A stretch of 61,792 nucleotides of DNA, filler included, from Sphacelaria rigidula (Eukaryota): the NCBI GenBank assembly GCA_964200075.2. It is 7 parts of 7 records of this genome, joined end to end, with 100 filler letters (N's around TTAATTAATTAA, not from the genome) between each part and the next. Parts side by side here need not be neighbours in the genome. Positions count along the whole stretch, not along the records: positions 35,372 to 44,112 come from CAXNAA020010221.1; positions 44,213 to 52,952 come from CAXNAA020010222.1; 5 more parts are not named here. The stretch is one strand, 5' to 3'. Numbering within the stretch: position 1 is the stretch's first letter; every line of letters begins with the position of its first letter. The position numbers and the translations under genes were made by a program. Shown in pieces: positions 36,796 to 50,859 of this stretch. The notes below the pieces were generated by a model. That model was not told the origin of the DNA, did not search any database, and saw only the letters and a list, made by a program, of their open reading frames with translations.

Positions 36796-39700
36796 TGAAC
36801 TCGGTCCGCGCACAGAACGAGATAACAGTGCCCAAGAGTCAGCAGGCGCACGCTGGGGGCGATGTCACGTCTGTGGGAAAAGCTCCTTCCGCGACAGTCC
36901 CGGCAGGGGTAGCGGCAGGCAGGGCGGCGGCGGACAGAGCGGAAGCGGCGGTGAGTGAGGGTGAAGGTTGGAATGGGAGCTCTTCTGTTGTTGGAAGCGC
37001 AAGCTATGACGAGAGGGCTACTGGTGATGGTGCGGGGGTGCCCGGTCGCTCGGATGATCGGTTTTCGGTGGCCAGGCCGCCGCATACAGTACCCATTCCA
37101 TCACCAGCAGCAGCATCACCACGTTCATCACGATCGCCGCCGCAGCTGTCACCGCTACACGCGAGCGTAGTAGCCAACTTAGCCACAAGCATGGCCACCA
37201 CGAAATCGCCGGCAACTTCCCCGTTGCCTTCTCCTTCTAGATTTTCGTCATCCTCCTCTTTTCCTCCACCGCTGCCGGCCGCCCAGGTACCGGAGGGTGT
37301 TTCCCCTGTCGGCGTACTCACTCAGCACCGCAGCGTGTTCTTGTCATCGGGACCGAGTACTACCACCGCTACTGCTGCTGCTGCTAACGCTACTACCACT
37401 ACCACCATTACTACTACTACAGATATTCCCGCGTCGTCGGAAAATATGACTCTTGATGTGGTGCCGGCGTTGGCCGCCGAGCTAGATCATAGGGGGGCGG
37501 AATCGGCGGCGGAGGCGGCGGGTGCGGAGGATGTTGGGGTAGATGATGGACGTAGCGTCAAGAAATTTTGGAAGTCCAAGAAGCTAAGACGGGCGGGACT
37601 GGTGAGCACGTGCACTATATTTGTATTTCTTGCTGTTGTGTTTTGTTTTTGCTGAGTGACTCTGTATATCTCTACCTCGCGCAGCATTCCTACATCCTGA
37701 TGCCAATTGTGCACCGCAAGCAAATGGGAAAAAAACGAGAAATCCACGCCACAATCAAAGATGACTACCGAACCAATACGGCGTTGAAAACTTAAACGCA
37801 GCTTGAGCTGCTTGACCAGACGGCTGAATAATCGTTCCATATAGACTATTGGAACAGCTGCCTCTTTTTTTCTCGGCGCCTGTTATGACGCGAACCATGT
37901 GTATGCGATTACGCCTGATCCGATTCATACTTCACTCTACTACATCTTGTAAGGAAACCTCAGATCCTGATTCACGAACCTTAGATCCCGCTGCGCTGTA
38001 ACCCCCCCATTTTTGATTTTTAGGGATCCGTTTTTCTCGGCAATATCAGATACGGTGTTGAAAAGGAGCCCCGCGCGCATGCATTTTGCCACCATTTTCC
38101 CCTGCATTTTTCGTTTCTTCTTCAACTCTTTTTTTCTTTTTTCTTCTTCTGTACCTTATTTTGTTTGTTTATTTGTTGTTTTATTCTTGTTTCCTTTTGC
38201 CTCTTTCGTTTTGATTTGCATGTTCCCGATACCATGTCGCATAAAGAAAATTCACCGACGTAGCCGTCCGTCTCTCCTGCTACTCACATGGTCAAATGGT
38301 CAAATCCATACTCGTAATATATATTCATGAATTCATCGGACACTTGCATATATTTAGATTGCACACCGAGACAGTCTACTGTCGTGTGCAGTGCCGTCAG
38401 CGATCCCAGGTACAAGTGGTGTCTTCTCACATCACGCTTGCCCACCGCAACAAACACGACGAAAATTACACATTGCTTTTTGCTACTAAAGTACGAGTTC
38501 CCGTGTTTATTCCGTTCGACGCTCTACAAGTGCCGGACAGAACGTACCCTCAAAGTAGACGGCGACAAGATGTCCTGGTCTCCCCCACGTAGCCCTCTCT
38601 GTCCTGCCCACCGTGACTATTTATGTCCTGGGCTTGTTTCACGTCGTAGTCCTTCCTTCCTCGCCCCTCCAGGCGAGCCCGTAGTAGTGCCGAGGGATCA
38701 AAACGTGCTCTCTTGTCCGGTACCCGACGGACAGTCGTGTGGAGTGAACTCACAAGAAGCACGCAAATCACATGCTGACTGTTTCGTTTATTTATCTTCT
38801 CTTGTGTTTCTCCCATTCATATGAAGTGATGGTAGCAGTCAACCCCCTGTTGCCTGCCACGATCTTGGAATCTTGATATACTACAGGGCCACCCTTACAC
38901 TAGGAAAAGAAACTATTATAGCAGACGTGCCCATCGGAGCGCATGAACGATCTTCCTGGAAAATTACCACTGTAATTCACAGTCCGAGGGTTTCGCCTCG
39001 CTGCTCAGTCCCGTTCTTTGGTCTCTGTTGGAGAAATATTTACATGTTACGCTTCTTTCGCTTAGAGGGCGCTTTTGACACCTGCACTGTTATGGGAGAT
39101 GAATGGGGACCATAACGGCCACAACACCGTGGGCGAAAAATGATATAAAAAACGCGGAGGAATAATGAGGAAAATGTCATCGACTGGCCGGACCTGTGCC
39201 GAACCTCTGCAGAACCCGTGCCGAACAGAACACACGCTCCATCCCAAGTTACCTGGGTTCAGTATGCGACAGCTGTTATACTCTTCATCGCGTCGTTCTC
39301 CAGACAGGAAGCAAACCGGCCTGTGGCACTTCACAGCCCCCCGCACACACACTAGACCTAGTCAATTGCGCAGCGGATTTCCTCAATTCTCCACAGCGGA
39401 CCCGAAAAGCTCCGAGACGATTGAAGGAATCGCGTTTTGCGGCACATTTCGTGTTCGGCGCAGCGGTTTGCAGAGTGCTGCGGCCTCTGCGGCACGCGTT
39501 ACGGAAATCCGCCCCGCGAGTGAGTAGGTCTAGTGTGCGGGAAGCGCACGCATCAAACCGCAGTCCAATCCTCTGCTACGTTGCCGAGAAAACCGCGGTG
39601 AAAGATCGACACAACAATATAACTGCAACAAGAGGGTCGTAACAACAACACGAGCAGCAGCTTGTACCCTCCCGTTGTTGTGACCCTGTGTACAGGTGTA

Positions 39701-42700
39701 TAGCAACGTCAGTTGCAGGTTTGCTGTGGAACGTGTTATAATAATGGTATATTTCATGTAAGCGAGGTCGTTATTGGGACATGATGCGGGCATTTGTGAT
39801 TCATAAGATCAGCTCGATTACGAACCATTTTTTTTCTGCAGGGAGGGGGTCGGTGTCCATATTCCCGATATATAGTCCCCAAAGTGGCCCCCATTGACCC
39901 CCGTAACTGTACTAGTACGGCAGCAGCGTGCACCTCTATGTGCTCTTGTACTTATGACGACACCTCGAAAAAGGCCATTTTCATGCGCAAAAGTCCGGGC
40001 TGAGGCCGGATGTTATGGCACGTGGATTTTTGGCCCACAAATTGTTCAGTTTTGGGACGTTTGAGCCACCTTTTGACCCCCAAACAAGGAAAACCGCCAC
40101 CACACGTCTCGGACACTTTGCATCACCCCCACAGAGAGGAGCCTAGTCTGCTTTTCAGATCCGCTTGGCTCGGAGGTTTCGAGAGTGACCGCTGAACAAA
40201 AAATCGTGCGCAAAAATCTGTGCTTGCCGACCCCCGCCAGTTTGGGGAGCGGTTTTTCCTGTTTGGGGGTCAAAAAAAAGGTGGGTCAAACGTCCCAAAA
40301 GTGAAGAATTTGTGGGCCAAAAATCTGGGTGCCATAACTTCCGGCCTCAGCCCATAATTTTCCCACGCGGAAGCGCCAAGTAGAAAAGTAACCACACGTC
40401 CAGGACCATCGCAAATTTTATGGCATGATGAAATACATTACGGCAAGGCCCCAATTCGTGGTTACAATTTGGCGTTTTTTAGTTTTTTATTTCAAAGTTA
40501 GGAGTGGAGATCGTTACGGCTGGTGTTGCGCGTTAACGAACATCGAGGCGCACTGTGGTAAAAATGTTTTGCGGTGAATCAGTATGGCCGTACGAAGACG
40601 TGCTGGTCGCCCCGGTGGCTCATTCGGTAACCTCGAAACCCTCTGACGGTTGGTTTGTGGGTTCAAATCTAGGAGCGATCTTGGATTTTTCTCACACCAT
40701 GCCCAACAGAAGTAGTGGAGAGCGACTATTAATATGTCGTGGGTACACGAAATTCGAGTTAATGGTCGACGAGGGAAAGGGAGTGCTGGACCCCTCTCGC
40801 TATGAAAAAAAGAGGTGAGCACCGCACAAAGAAGGTAGGGTAATAAAAACAAAAGAAAGGGAAGAAAACTCCCGTGTTGACCCTCCTTCTGTGTGACCCC
40901 GGCTGGTGCGCCCACATACACCGAAAGGTGTAGATCGGCGTCCAGAGTAGATGGGACGACACCACACGAAGACACTAACATGGAGTTTCATGCAGCTTAA
41001 ATGCAACAGGGCGTTCTTCGCGAAAGTCGCGCTGGACGTAGTAGCCGAACGGGAACGAGTCGGTTGCAGATTCTGATGCCCCACATTGTTCGCCGTAGAG
41101 CTGAATTTTGCGGAATAAGGTTCCGAGAAAGAACCCTGATAAAATTTCGTTGTAGGTACTAGACTACCACACACTGGACAACAGATGACATTGTCAACAA
41201 ATGTACTGCGTACAGTATGGGATCCATTGTCTATTGCATCTATTGCAATAGACCGTAGATCCCATACTGTACGCAGTATATATTTTTTTGACAATGTCAT
41301 CTACTATCCAGGGTGTGTAGACTACATGGAATAATACTATCGCGAAAGTTGGATAGGTCGTAGATTTTGCCGTTTTGCGTTCGCCGACGGACAGTTGATA
41401 TTTGATTCTCCCTTGACTGTACACGAATCGCGTGGGAACCGACTGCTGCACTTCCTCTACACAACGTCGCCCAAGCCGATGCGCACGAGCGCCGTTCGAA
41501 CGGGCGTCTACGACCCATCAGATGTGGCGACGGGGCGGAAGCGACGCAAAGGGTCAACAAGGCCCACGGCTATGAGGGTGGAATGGGGGCCGATTTTGGG
41601 CACTATATTTCGGGAAAGTGGGCATCGACACCTGTCTACAGATGAAACGCAGCCTAGATGAGCCAATCAGCATCAATCACAAGCACACGCGTCACCTCAA
41701 AATAACGACCTGGCCCATATGAAATATACCACGTAAACATTAAATTTTTTATAACGAGCCTGTGACTGACGTTACTGTACATCTGCACACAGGGTCATAA
41801 CAACAGGAGGACAGGAGCTGCTGCTCGTGTTGTTGTTGTGCCCCTCTTGTTGCAGTGTGTTGTTTTGCCAATTTTCCACCGCGCGTTTCTCAGCAACAAA
41901 GCAGAGGGTTGGACTGCGGTTTCTCGCGGACGCTTGCCACACACCCAAACTAGGGAACTCAGCAAACAACTTCCTTCACGCGTGACACACACGTCGCATC
42001 AAACCGGAATGTACTAATACTTTTGTTTATATTCCAGTTTTCGCGGCTTTTTGGGTCCCCTATGGCGAATCGAGCAAATCCCTTGCTTGACCCCTAGCTT
42101 TTGCGTGTGTGCGGGTGGTTGTGAAGTGTGAAGTGCCACAGGCCGGCTTCTTCCTGTGCCGAGGAAAACGCGATGAAAGTGCTACGGCTGTCGCATACTA
42201 CACCAAGTTGATTACGGACGAAGCGTGTGTTCTAGTCGGAACAGCTCGGAACAGATGATGATGTGCTTATTTTTCTTCCGCGTTTTTTTTTTTTCTTGCA
42301 TGGATTTTTTTGGTCTTTATGGCCCTTATTCACCCCATAACAGCAGTATACTCTAAATCAGAACAGTTTTCGTTTTTTTTGTTTTTCACTTGACGGAAGG
42401 AGGAAATCCAACCCAACACTCACCCCGCAAGTGATCGCAGGCGATCGCTAGCGAGTTCGCGTGCCGAATACCCGGAGGTTGGGCTAGACCACCTTGCGGC
42501 AGTCATGTGGGGAAGGCGCCCTGCTCTTAAGGGCTTCGGTCCTAGAGAACAGTTCGTTCATACCCCCCCCCCCTCCCCCCTCTATTCGACGGCGCTCCGT
42601 CTCGAAAGGGATGCGTGGTCAATGGTGAAACGACTGGGCTGATGGTGTGTAATTTTGTTGTTGCTAAGTCACCAAAAGGCCTGGATGGTATGACAAACCG

Positions 42701-43388
42701 ACCGTAGCGCATGGATGCGTGGAAGTTGTTCATGCTATGGTTACTTATCTGCAGCTACAGTGAATGATGTACTCTACGAAGCTGTGTCGATCTACTCACT
42801 CCTCGCCTTATTGACGGCCGTCGGTCTCTAGGGTATGCCATGTCTGCAGTTTGCAAATTGGGGGAGGGCGATATCTTCCTAGGTGTTGATCGATATCCTG
42901 AGTCGCACGTTTTGCACACCTCTTGCAGATTCAGGATCACTCCCCCCCCTCCCCCATTCCCTCTTCCATTTCCATGGCATGCACCATCCCTTCGTCGCGC
43001 ATCACCATAACACTTCCTTCGAGACCAGCAAAGCTTCATGGCCGACTACACCGCCCGCAGACGGGGCAGCTCGTCAGACAACATTAGCCCGCAAAGAACC
43101 CCACTACTAACCGTGAGCCCCGTAGGGGGTGCATCTGTGGAGTCGAGGGAGGAGGGTAGCATGAGCGAAACGCGCCCTGGTTCTTCCGCCAGCAGTAGTG
43201 CACTGTTTTCCTCTCCTTCTGTTGTCAGCGAGGATCAGGGGTTTGGAGCGATCAGCGGCGGGGATGGAATGGCGGCGGCAGCGGCGGCCGTGGCTATGTT
43301 GCAGCCGACCCGGGAGCTGACGCCGCACATCATAGAGGAGGACGCTGAAGGGCACTTCGGGGTGACGGTTTTTCGCCAAAACAAGAAG
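36796..43388 (+). CDS. Unknown low-complexity multi-exon protein (exons about 36796-37602, possibly 38531-38588, about 42990-43388)
   Basis: Long GC-rich S/P/A-rich ORFs ending at donors (AGL|gtgagc; QNKK|gtgtgt); RTERTLKVDGDKMSW is weakly PH-like; start and intermediate exons are uncertain. Confidence 0.45.
39997..40353. mobile_element. MITE with roughly 100-bp TIRs starting GGGCTGAGGCCGGA
   Basis: gggctgaggccggatgttatggcac...cccacaaatt versus aatttgtggg...gtgccataacttccggcctcagccc. Confidence 0.85.
40607..40975 (+). mobile_element. SINE family A
   Basis: cgccccggtggctcattcggtaacctcgaaacc...gggttcaaatc, with conserved body. Confidence 0.85.
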
Positions 43389-44919
43389 GTGTGTGTGTGT
43401 GTCTTGCGTGTGTTGTGATTGATTGTGTGTGCGTGCTGTGTTTTTACGGGGCGGGTGAAATGTTGTTGTTGTTGTTGTTGTTGATTATGATGTTGTGAAT
43501 AATCAATCTTGAGGGCTTTTATGTTGACTCGGAAGGCAACTTGCGGCCGTGCACAATCAAGCGAATTAGATCAGTGCCCTGGCATCGCGTCGACTTGCCG
43601 TCCATTTTATTGTGGTCCCATTCCGTCACTTTTCCAACGACGCCTCTCGCTCCCTCTCCCCCTCTCCCATTCTGACCATAAGTGAAGTTCGTATACAAAC
43701 GAAGTGTGTTATCAACGAACCTCGAGCACAAGAAGCGCCCTGCTCTCCGTGTGTTGACTTCCTTCCATCCACCGCAATCCGTATCGCTTCCTGAAAAAAA
43801 AAAAACAGGACGAAGTTGCCTCATCTATCATCGTGGGCAAATTCGACACCTACGAAGAAGCTGCTCGGGCCGGCGAATGTTTTTCTTCGCCGGTGTGGCA
43901 GGAGTATAATTCCAACTCCAGGTGCAGATCAAGGGATTTCACTCGCGAGTGCGGCGAACTCACGCTTTTTCATATTCGTTACTGATGAGCTCGGAACGAC
44001 TAAGAACAGTGTTTTCGTGAGATTGAGAGTAGATGATACGATTGAGAGTGGCTTTGATCATTCGCATTACATGAAGTGAGTCATTTTTTTATTCCACGTG
44101 TGCTTTTCTTTANNNNNNNNNNNNNNNNNNNNNNNNNNNNNNNNNNNNNNNNNNNNTTAATTAATTAANNNNNNNNNNNNNNNNNNNNNNNNNNNNNNNN
44201 NNNNNNNNNNNNGGGGGGGGGGGGGGGGGGGTGGGCTGGGCGCGCGGTGGTGGAGGGGGGGTGGGAGGTGTGGGGGGGGGGGGGGGGGGGGGGGGGGGGG
44301 ATCAGACGTAGTCACTCGCTCATGTATGGACTGGCGCCTGCTAGGGGTTTGTCATCGTCGGGTGCGAATCTGCCAAATAGTCTCACTGTTCGCACACGAC
44401 GCTGAGTTGGACGATTGCAGGTAGACAGGTGGATAGTAGCATTTACAATAAGCCCACGGTGAGCTTGTCGGATGATATGGTCAAGGCATCTCCTGTCCGC
44501 GGGGCGGCTCGCAATGACGTCTTTTGTACGCAACGTGCCCCGTGCCTCCTCTTGTCGGGCACACAAACGTACTGACAAGAGTATCATTTTATCACCTGCA
44601 AGCCGTGGCGACACGATTCCATTGTGGACGCTGGCCGGCAGTCCGTCCTGTGTGCCTCCAATATATTTGTTTCCTCCTCCTCTCGTACCTCAGTCCTGGT
44701 ATTCACGTTCATCAAAACAAACAGGGGATCGTTCTTGAAAGTCGGCTTAGTATGCTCTCCAACTGAATCCGGAACATGTCCACCCCCTTTTCATTATTTG
44801 GACGGGTCTGCGGAGGTATAAGCAATCAACTACAAGCATGACAGCGTTCGATTGTCCCGCTAGGTGTGAAGCCGTTGTCATGAGGCGCTTGCTGTTGAAC
44901 GCCGGTGTCCACGCAGCCT

Positions 44920-45160
44920 GCGGATGATGGACTCCTGAACCGCCAATTCAACCGCATGTTGTTCGGCTCTTCCCTTGTCTCTTGCTGCCTCTCTTGCTGC
45001 CTCTGAGGAGAGGACACGGTATCCAACAGCAACGAACTCAGCTGTGCACGGTCTACGCCTTTCCTGCAACCCGATGATGTCACAACCCATCACTATGCAC
45101 TTTTGCAGAAGGCATCTCACCGTGGCTAACCCCGCCACGTTCCGTGAGGGACGGAGTAGG
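44920..45160 (-). pseudogene. Second LINE (RTE-like) endonuclease fragment
   Basis: NVAGLA...CDIIGLQERRR...GYRVLSS...HAVELAVQESII matches APE motifs. Confidence 0.65.
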
Positions 45161-45847
45161 AACCTCGGAGATCACCCCCGTGTGTTTCCCGATACGGGAC
45201 TTAGCCCTAGCTACAGCTGCCCGCTCCACAATATTTGTTACGTCTTGCTTTCTGGCCGTGCCACTCTCCCAATCTCCTTACTTGAGTTTCTTTTTTTCTG
45301 ACCTTCTCCTCGGTCTGTGCGTCATATTTTTCGGAAGCTTATTACCACGGATTCGAGAGATCGGACTAATGTGCGGATATGATATTATCATTACTATCAT
45401 TTTTATTATTATTATTATTGAACGGCTCTGCCGTGCGTTGTGTATGACGGAGGTGTTTCATGTTTGCGTTTGGCGTGCTCAAAACCCTCCTTGCGAGTTG
45501 ATCATCACCCGTTGTTTGTCCAGTGTCTCGTGCTTGAACGCTCTGTCTCGACGCGATGTAAACGTGGCGATGCCCCTCACACACACGCGCAATTTCTCTT
45601 GTATGCCACTGTCAGTCTGCCCTTGTGGTTTTTCTGAGTGGTGGTTTTACTTGTTCTATTCATCCCGTCCATCTTATGTTTATTTTATTGTGCATACATC
45701 TTTCATTCAACCATGGCTGAAGGATTGGTTAACATGAATCAGCGGGCCCATGTATGTGACCAGCACGTGCACCATGATCCTATGCATGAGACGCGTTGAT
45801 AGGGATCACCCTGAGCAACCGCTTATACTGCCATTCTCCATTCTTAG

Positions 45848-48142
45848 GTTGGAGCCCGCCGCTACAGACCCCGAAGGCACAGTGGTGGTGGAAATCCCTG
45901 TCGATGCAGGGGCAGGCCTTCGGACCGCCAAGGATCTCAGCATGTGGGAGCAGCTGAGTTTCGCCGCGTTTTTGCAGCGATATTGGGCGGACAACCAGGT
46001 GACGTACGGTGTAGCATGTAGTACAGCTGATGGTCGTTGGTACAACGGAACGTGAAATTTACACGCTATCTGAATAAAAGCATAAGTTACGTTTGGCGCG
46101 TGACGAATTTACTGCCCACACAGTGATTCTATAGACCGCTGTTTTTCGGTACCCTTGTATGCACTGTGTGAAAGTAGACTGTATATCTTGCTACTGTGCC
46201 AACGCTGAGTGAGGGGTGCCACGAAGATGTGTTCATGTCGGTGCTATTACGGGAAAATGTACGAGAGCCGTCCCTGTTTTGAACCCCCCCTCCCTTTTTG
46301 GGTCGGCGTCGGTTGGCAACGACGCTGTACAACACCCCACTCAACTCACTGCGTAAGCTAGGTAACCAGGTTACCGGGAGGGGGGGGCAGGGGGAGAAGG
46401 GGGCGGGGAACCCACAACATGAAAGCGAAAATTCCCCGGAATCTCTTTCGAGAACTCATCATTTTTTCACACCAAGGCGTAATTCCCGGCCACTCCACTC
46501 CCCTGACACTGCCTGCTCATTATGTCCTGTACCTCTGGGGTAATAACGTTGACTTCTGCGCACCCCAGGTCAGCTGTACGATCACTTTTGACCCGAACAC
46601 GGAGGGGCAGCATCTAGCTCGCGCGTTGGACTACTTCCAGTATCAGCTGAAAGGCGTCAGCTTCCTTCCTAGGGTGGACTACGGTGCTTTCGAACAGGTG
46701 ACAAGCAAAAGCAATGGCCGCTGGGTGTGAAACATTGTTGAGTAAGATCGGCGATTTGGCTGACCGATTGATGCCCGAAGCGAGAAAAATAGGGTAGAAT
46801 GTGAACCCCGTCTACTATAAACATGTTGTCCACGCATTGGGGATTCTTCGCTGCAACGACAACCGTGTTGTGTTGGCAAATGCCAAACGAAATCATGTGG
46901 ACATGAACCGTAGACGTTGGTGCGGCACAACTTACCTCACCTCGAGCACGGATTTGATTGATTATTTAATTGCCGCACTTGAACTGATCCCCAAGGGATC
47001 CAGCCGTGGTGACATGATAGACGTACGTGCCCGAGACAGAACGAAAGTGAAACACTCGCTGAAGGAAGAAGAAACAGAAAAGGTAGGAGAGAACAACAAA
47101 GTAGGCTAAGACGTGAAGAAAGAGAATGAACTCGCAAAAATCAGTACGAAATCCCATATGCGAGCTTTCGTCACCGGGACAACGTTACTTCGAGTTCGGT
47201 GCACGAATCTGTCACATTAGTTTACTTGGACTTAGAGTGGTGCACCCTTCTGGTGGGCTGCATCACCAACACTTGCAGAAAAACAAACGTATGTTGCCCA
47301 AGAAAACGAAAATTGTACATCGTCACTTCATTTTTCCTCCAACGGTTCCAAAGGGCTTAACAAACCCTCAAATGTCTCGACCAAGTGCAAACCAAGACCC
47401 TCGAATATGAAGAGAGCGTGATATTATTTGAAGTACAGTAGGTTGGACGTCCGAAACAACGGTGCAAGAAGACAAACGAAACACTGGTGACATTTTTTCC
47501 CGCTTCGGTGCGCGTTTGATACCATACAAAGAGCACAAAGCCAATCCTCTTTTTGTTCGCTCGGCTCCTTCTCTCTTTTTTCTACTTCATCTGACTCGGT
47601 AGTTTCCTTTCTCGGCCAATCAAATTAGGTGAACCAGGTCCCGTCACTTGCTGCGGTTCGCCACTTCGGCACGTTGCAACAAAGCCAGAAGAGTTGAGAA
47701 AGAAACGCCTGGCGTGTGCGTACAATCGAGCAGAAGCTGCCAACGCGGCTGCTGTAAGATATGCGTGTGCTTCACACACTTTTGTTCTCGAGTCTATGGA
47801 GGTCTACAATAGTAGGAGAACGACTCGTCAACACCGATGTAGTAACCGTGTTCCTGATTTGATACCTTTCCGTTGTTGCGCATGTTCTTGGAACACTTCA
47901 AAGAGGAGTATTCGTATATATCATGTCAGAAGGGAGAGGTTGATCATGCGGTTTGTTTTCACCAATGACGATTGCGCCAGATGCCGTACGAGGCGATCTC
48001 CGAAGAAGAGTACAAGAAGCTCGCAGCAAATCTACGGAGAGCGGACTTTTCTCGGGGACAGAACAAGCCCCCCGGAGGCGGGCGTGAGGGGCCTCGTGTT
48101 GAGGAAGTCCCTGACAAGTTTTGCGAAACGGATGCGTGCATG
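45848..48142 (+). CDS. nrdJ: Class II adenosylcobalamin-dependent ribonucleotide reductase, C-terminal exons 45848-45998, 46569-46697, 47981-48142 (may instead read to the stop at 48187)
   Basis: VVVEIPV...SMWEQLSFAAFLQRYWADNQ|VSCTITF...LKGVSFLP...Q|MPYEAISEEEY and a C-terminal FCETDAC cysteine pair, characteristic of monomeric RTPR-type NrdJ; exon phases are consistent. Confidence 0.88.
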
Positions 48143-48559
48143 GTAAGAGCTACAGTACTTCCAATAATCAACAATGATGCCACGTAGCTACCGTCTGACA
48201 CCGTAGATACAGAACGGTCTTGTAACCTGGCAGTACTTTGGTATATCCGAGCTTACCGAAGATCTGCCCAGTAGAGGTATATGTTTTTTGTTCATGCTAG
48301 CTTGGGCCGGTGTGTTCCACCTTAAACATGATATCTAGCCTACAATTTCAACCCGAGTGACGTGCTGATTGCAGTATCCGGTGGTCTATTTTGTACTATC
48401 TTCCACCACCTTTGATGCTCAAAACTTCGGCTTTGATACATCGTGGAACTCCCTCGAAAAACGCGCGCGGGTGCAAACACTCACACGCACACAACTCAAA
48501 CACAGGGGATGTGACCATTTTTCTCAAGCCTGATTGATGTTGATAACTATGGTGCTGTG

Positions 48560-48920
48560 TGTGTGTGTGTTATCCCATCTATTCTGAACGCCAGTTTACA
48601 CCGTTTGGTGTACGTGGGTGCATCAGCCGGGGTCATACAGGAGGAAGGCCAACACAGGAGTTATTATTTTTCTTTCGTTTAAGTACTCCGCCTCCCTCCT
48701 GTGGTGCTTGTCTTATTTTGTATCGCGAGAGGTGTTCAGCGGTCCCTTTCTCTCGTCCACCGTGAAGTCGAGTTTCGTATACCCACGACATGGTCACTCT
48801 CCACTGTTGGGCATGGTGTGAGAAACAATCCCACATCGTGTGACTTAACCGAGCTCCGAACCCATGACCCGATTGTCAGCAGGTTTCGAGGTTACAGTAC
48901 CAACTGAGCCACCGGGGCGA
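48560..48920 (-). mobile_element. SINE family A
   Basis: Same head and body as the other copies, (CA)n tail. Confidence 0.85.
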
Positions 48921-50753
48921 TCAGCGCCTACTGACCACAAATGGTGTTTCCATGTACTCGTACATATTTTCTTTTAAAACCATAAACCTGCCATGGTCGC
49001 TGGGGATGTTCGGCGGTGATGGTCGATATCCTTTGCACTACAGATTAAACTGTCTGCAATCCTGCGTTTTGGGTGATTCTTTGCGCGTAATGCGGGCCGC
49101 ATGCAATCTCATCGCTGTAAAAGTCCATGACGAATACGTGTACAGCCTTCCTGGCATATGAAGCGGAGAGCAACCAGAAAGCTGCCCATTGTCGAGTAAA
49201 GCGACACGCGATGATGGCACACAGAAGACCGTGTGTTTCAGAACGACAAACTGACGCCTGGTTGCCGATTGTTCGTAGTTGTCTGTTTTTGTTGTGAGAA
49301 TGCGAGACGGGTAGGCGTCTCCTATGAATGTTTTTTTTTTATGCTCATGAGCGTGTTTTTTTGTGTGCATTCAGGTTGTTCGTGATGTAGGCAAAAATGT
49401 TTCAGAAGTTTTGGCGCATGTTGAGAAACGGTTGAGAAACGCCTAGGGATATCGCGGATAAGAGCCGTCCACGTCCCCTGTTGCGGGATTTGTGGTATAT
49501 GATGAGAGAAAAGACCAAAAGACAAGCCAAACAATGTACGAAATATGTGTCTGTCTGACGACTAGCGATTGTGTTCACACCTGACGCATACACCGCCTTA
49601 GTCACCAGAGTCACCCGCGGCGCAGAGATTTCTTGTACTCGGTGTGACTTTGTACGGGGAAATAGAAAAGGTTGCCAGCTTTAGAGTCGTCGGGCAACGT
49701 TAATCTTCAGTGGTGAGTGAGGATATGAATCATTGGTTGATCCTGATCCGCTACTATTTCTATCGAATCCGGCGTACTGTAGATAGATAGGCTGGGAATC
49801 CACAAGAGATGACGATTTTTTTAAGTCGCTTTGTTTTCCCTTTTTTTTTTGGCCTCACATTGAAACACTCGTCACCCACAGGCTTGAAATATTACTGTTG
49901 TTTCAAGCAGTGAAGAGGACAGCGCTTCCTCTCACCCTTACCGATGCGGTAGGATTTATTTCCGGATTTAGACTCCGTTTCAGAGGATCAATTTTCTCTT
50001 TTTTTGCTGATTTAAATTTGCCGTCTACTGCGGGTAAGATTTTCCCGGAGTTTAAGAAAAGAAGGTTGCCAATCTGGGAGAGAATTGAGCCACTAACCTT
50101 ACCCATGCTCGAAGGACCTCGTGAATCAAGACCGGTACACGTCGTCTGGACCACGAAGAAGGATAAATATGAAATGAAAATTTTCACCGCTCCAAAACAA
50201 GGACGGGATGAGTTGATTTTTTGTCTACAGGGTCTGGTCGTCGTCTAGCACATTTCGTGACTAGTGTCTTGAAGTGCTGGATCAGTTGGCCGCGTTATTC
50301 TTTTTGTACATGTTGATTGCACTGAAGCAAAAAACATTCTACTGAGTTGTGTAAAAAATTGAGTGATTCCCAGCTTGTGATGTTTCGGTGGAGGGGGAGG
50401 GAGGAAGATTCTAGCAAATCTTGGGTGATCCGACACTGAAGAATAATTTTATGCACTCAAGGGGCGCGCATCATTCGCTGGAAACCACACCTCCCTCCCC
50501 CAAATGCCAATCACCTGAAGGGAACCAGGCTTTTCCCCCCGACTTGATGCAAATCCTCGGTTGTACGTAATGTTTGAATTGGGCAGGTGTGAGCACCGGT
50601 GGGCACCCCCCATCAGCACTTGCTGCTCAATCCACGCAGGATTCGATGTGACTGGACCGACGGAGTCTATATCGAGGAGACAGTCGTCGAACTCCCATGA
50701 CACTGCTGTTCCTCCTGCACTTATGTTTGTGGTGTATACGTAATGTTATGCAT

Positions 50754-50859
50754 TGTTCTAATTCCTCCAGTTAGTTGTCTTGTTCTAAATCTTCCAGTTA
50801 GTTGTTTTGTTCGAAATCTTCCAGTTAGTTGTCTTGTTCTAAATCTTCCAGTTAGTTGT
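50754..50859 (+). repeat. 27-bp minisatellite, about 4 copies
   Basis: Unit tgttctaaatcttccagttagttgtct, in direct tandem with no spacers. Confidence 0.9.

Larger units (their letters stand above)
39080..42350. repeat. Long degenerate inverted repeat (arms about 39080-39715 and 41765-42350) enclosing nested insertions
   Basis: aacaacaacacgagcagcagct...gtgaccctgtgtacaggtgta versus tacatctgcacacagggtcat...agctgctgctcgtgttgttgtt, and ccggcctgtggcacttcac versus gtgaagtgccacaggccgg. Confidence 0.8.

Noticed and set aside
40607-40690. tRNA genes at SINE heads
   Set aside because: Degenerate cloverleaves attached to conserved SINE bodies in many diverged copies.
50754-50859. CRISPR-like repeat array
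   Set aside because: Tandem 27-bp units with no unique spacers, in a eukaryotic context.
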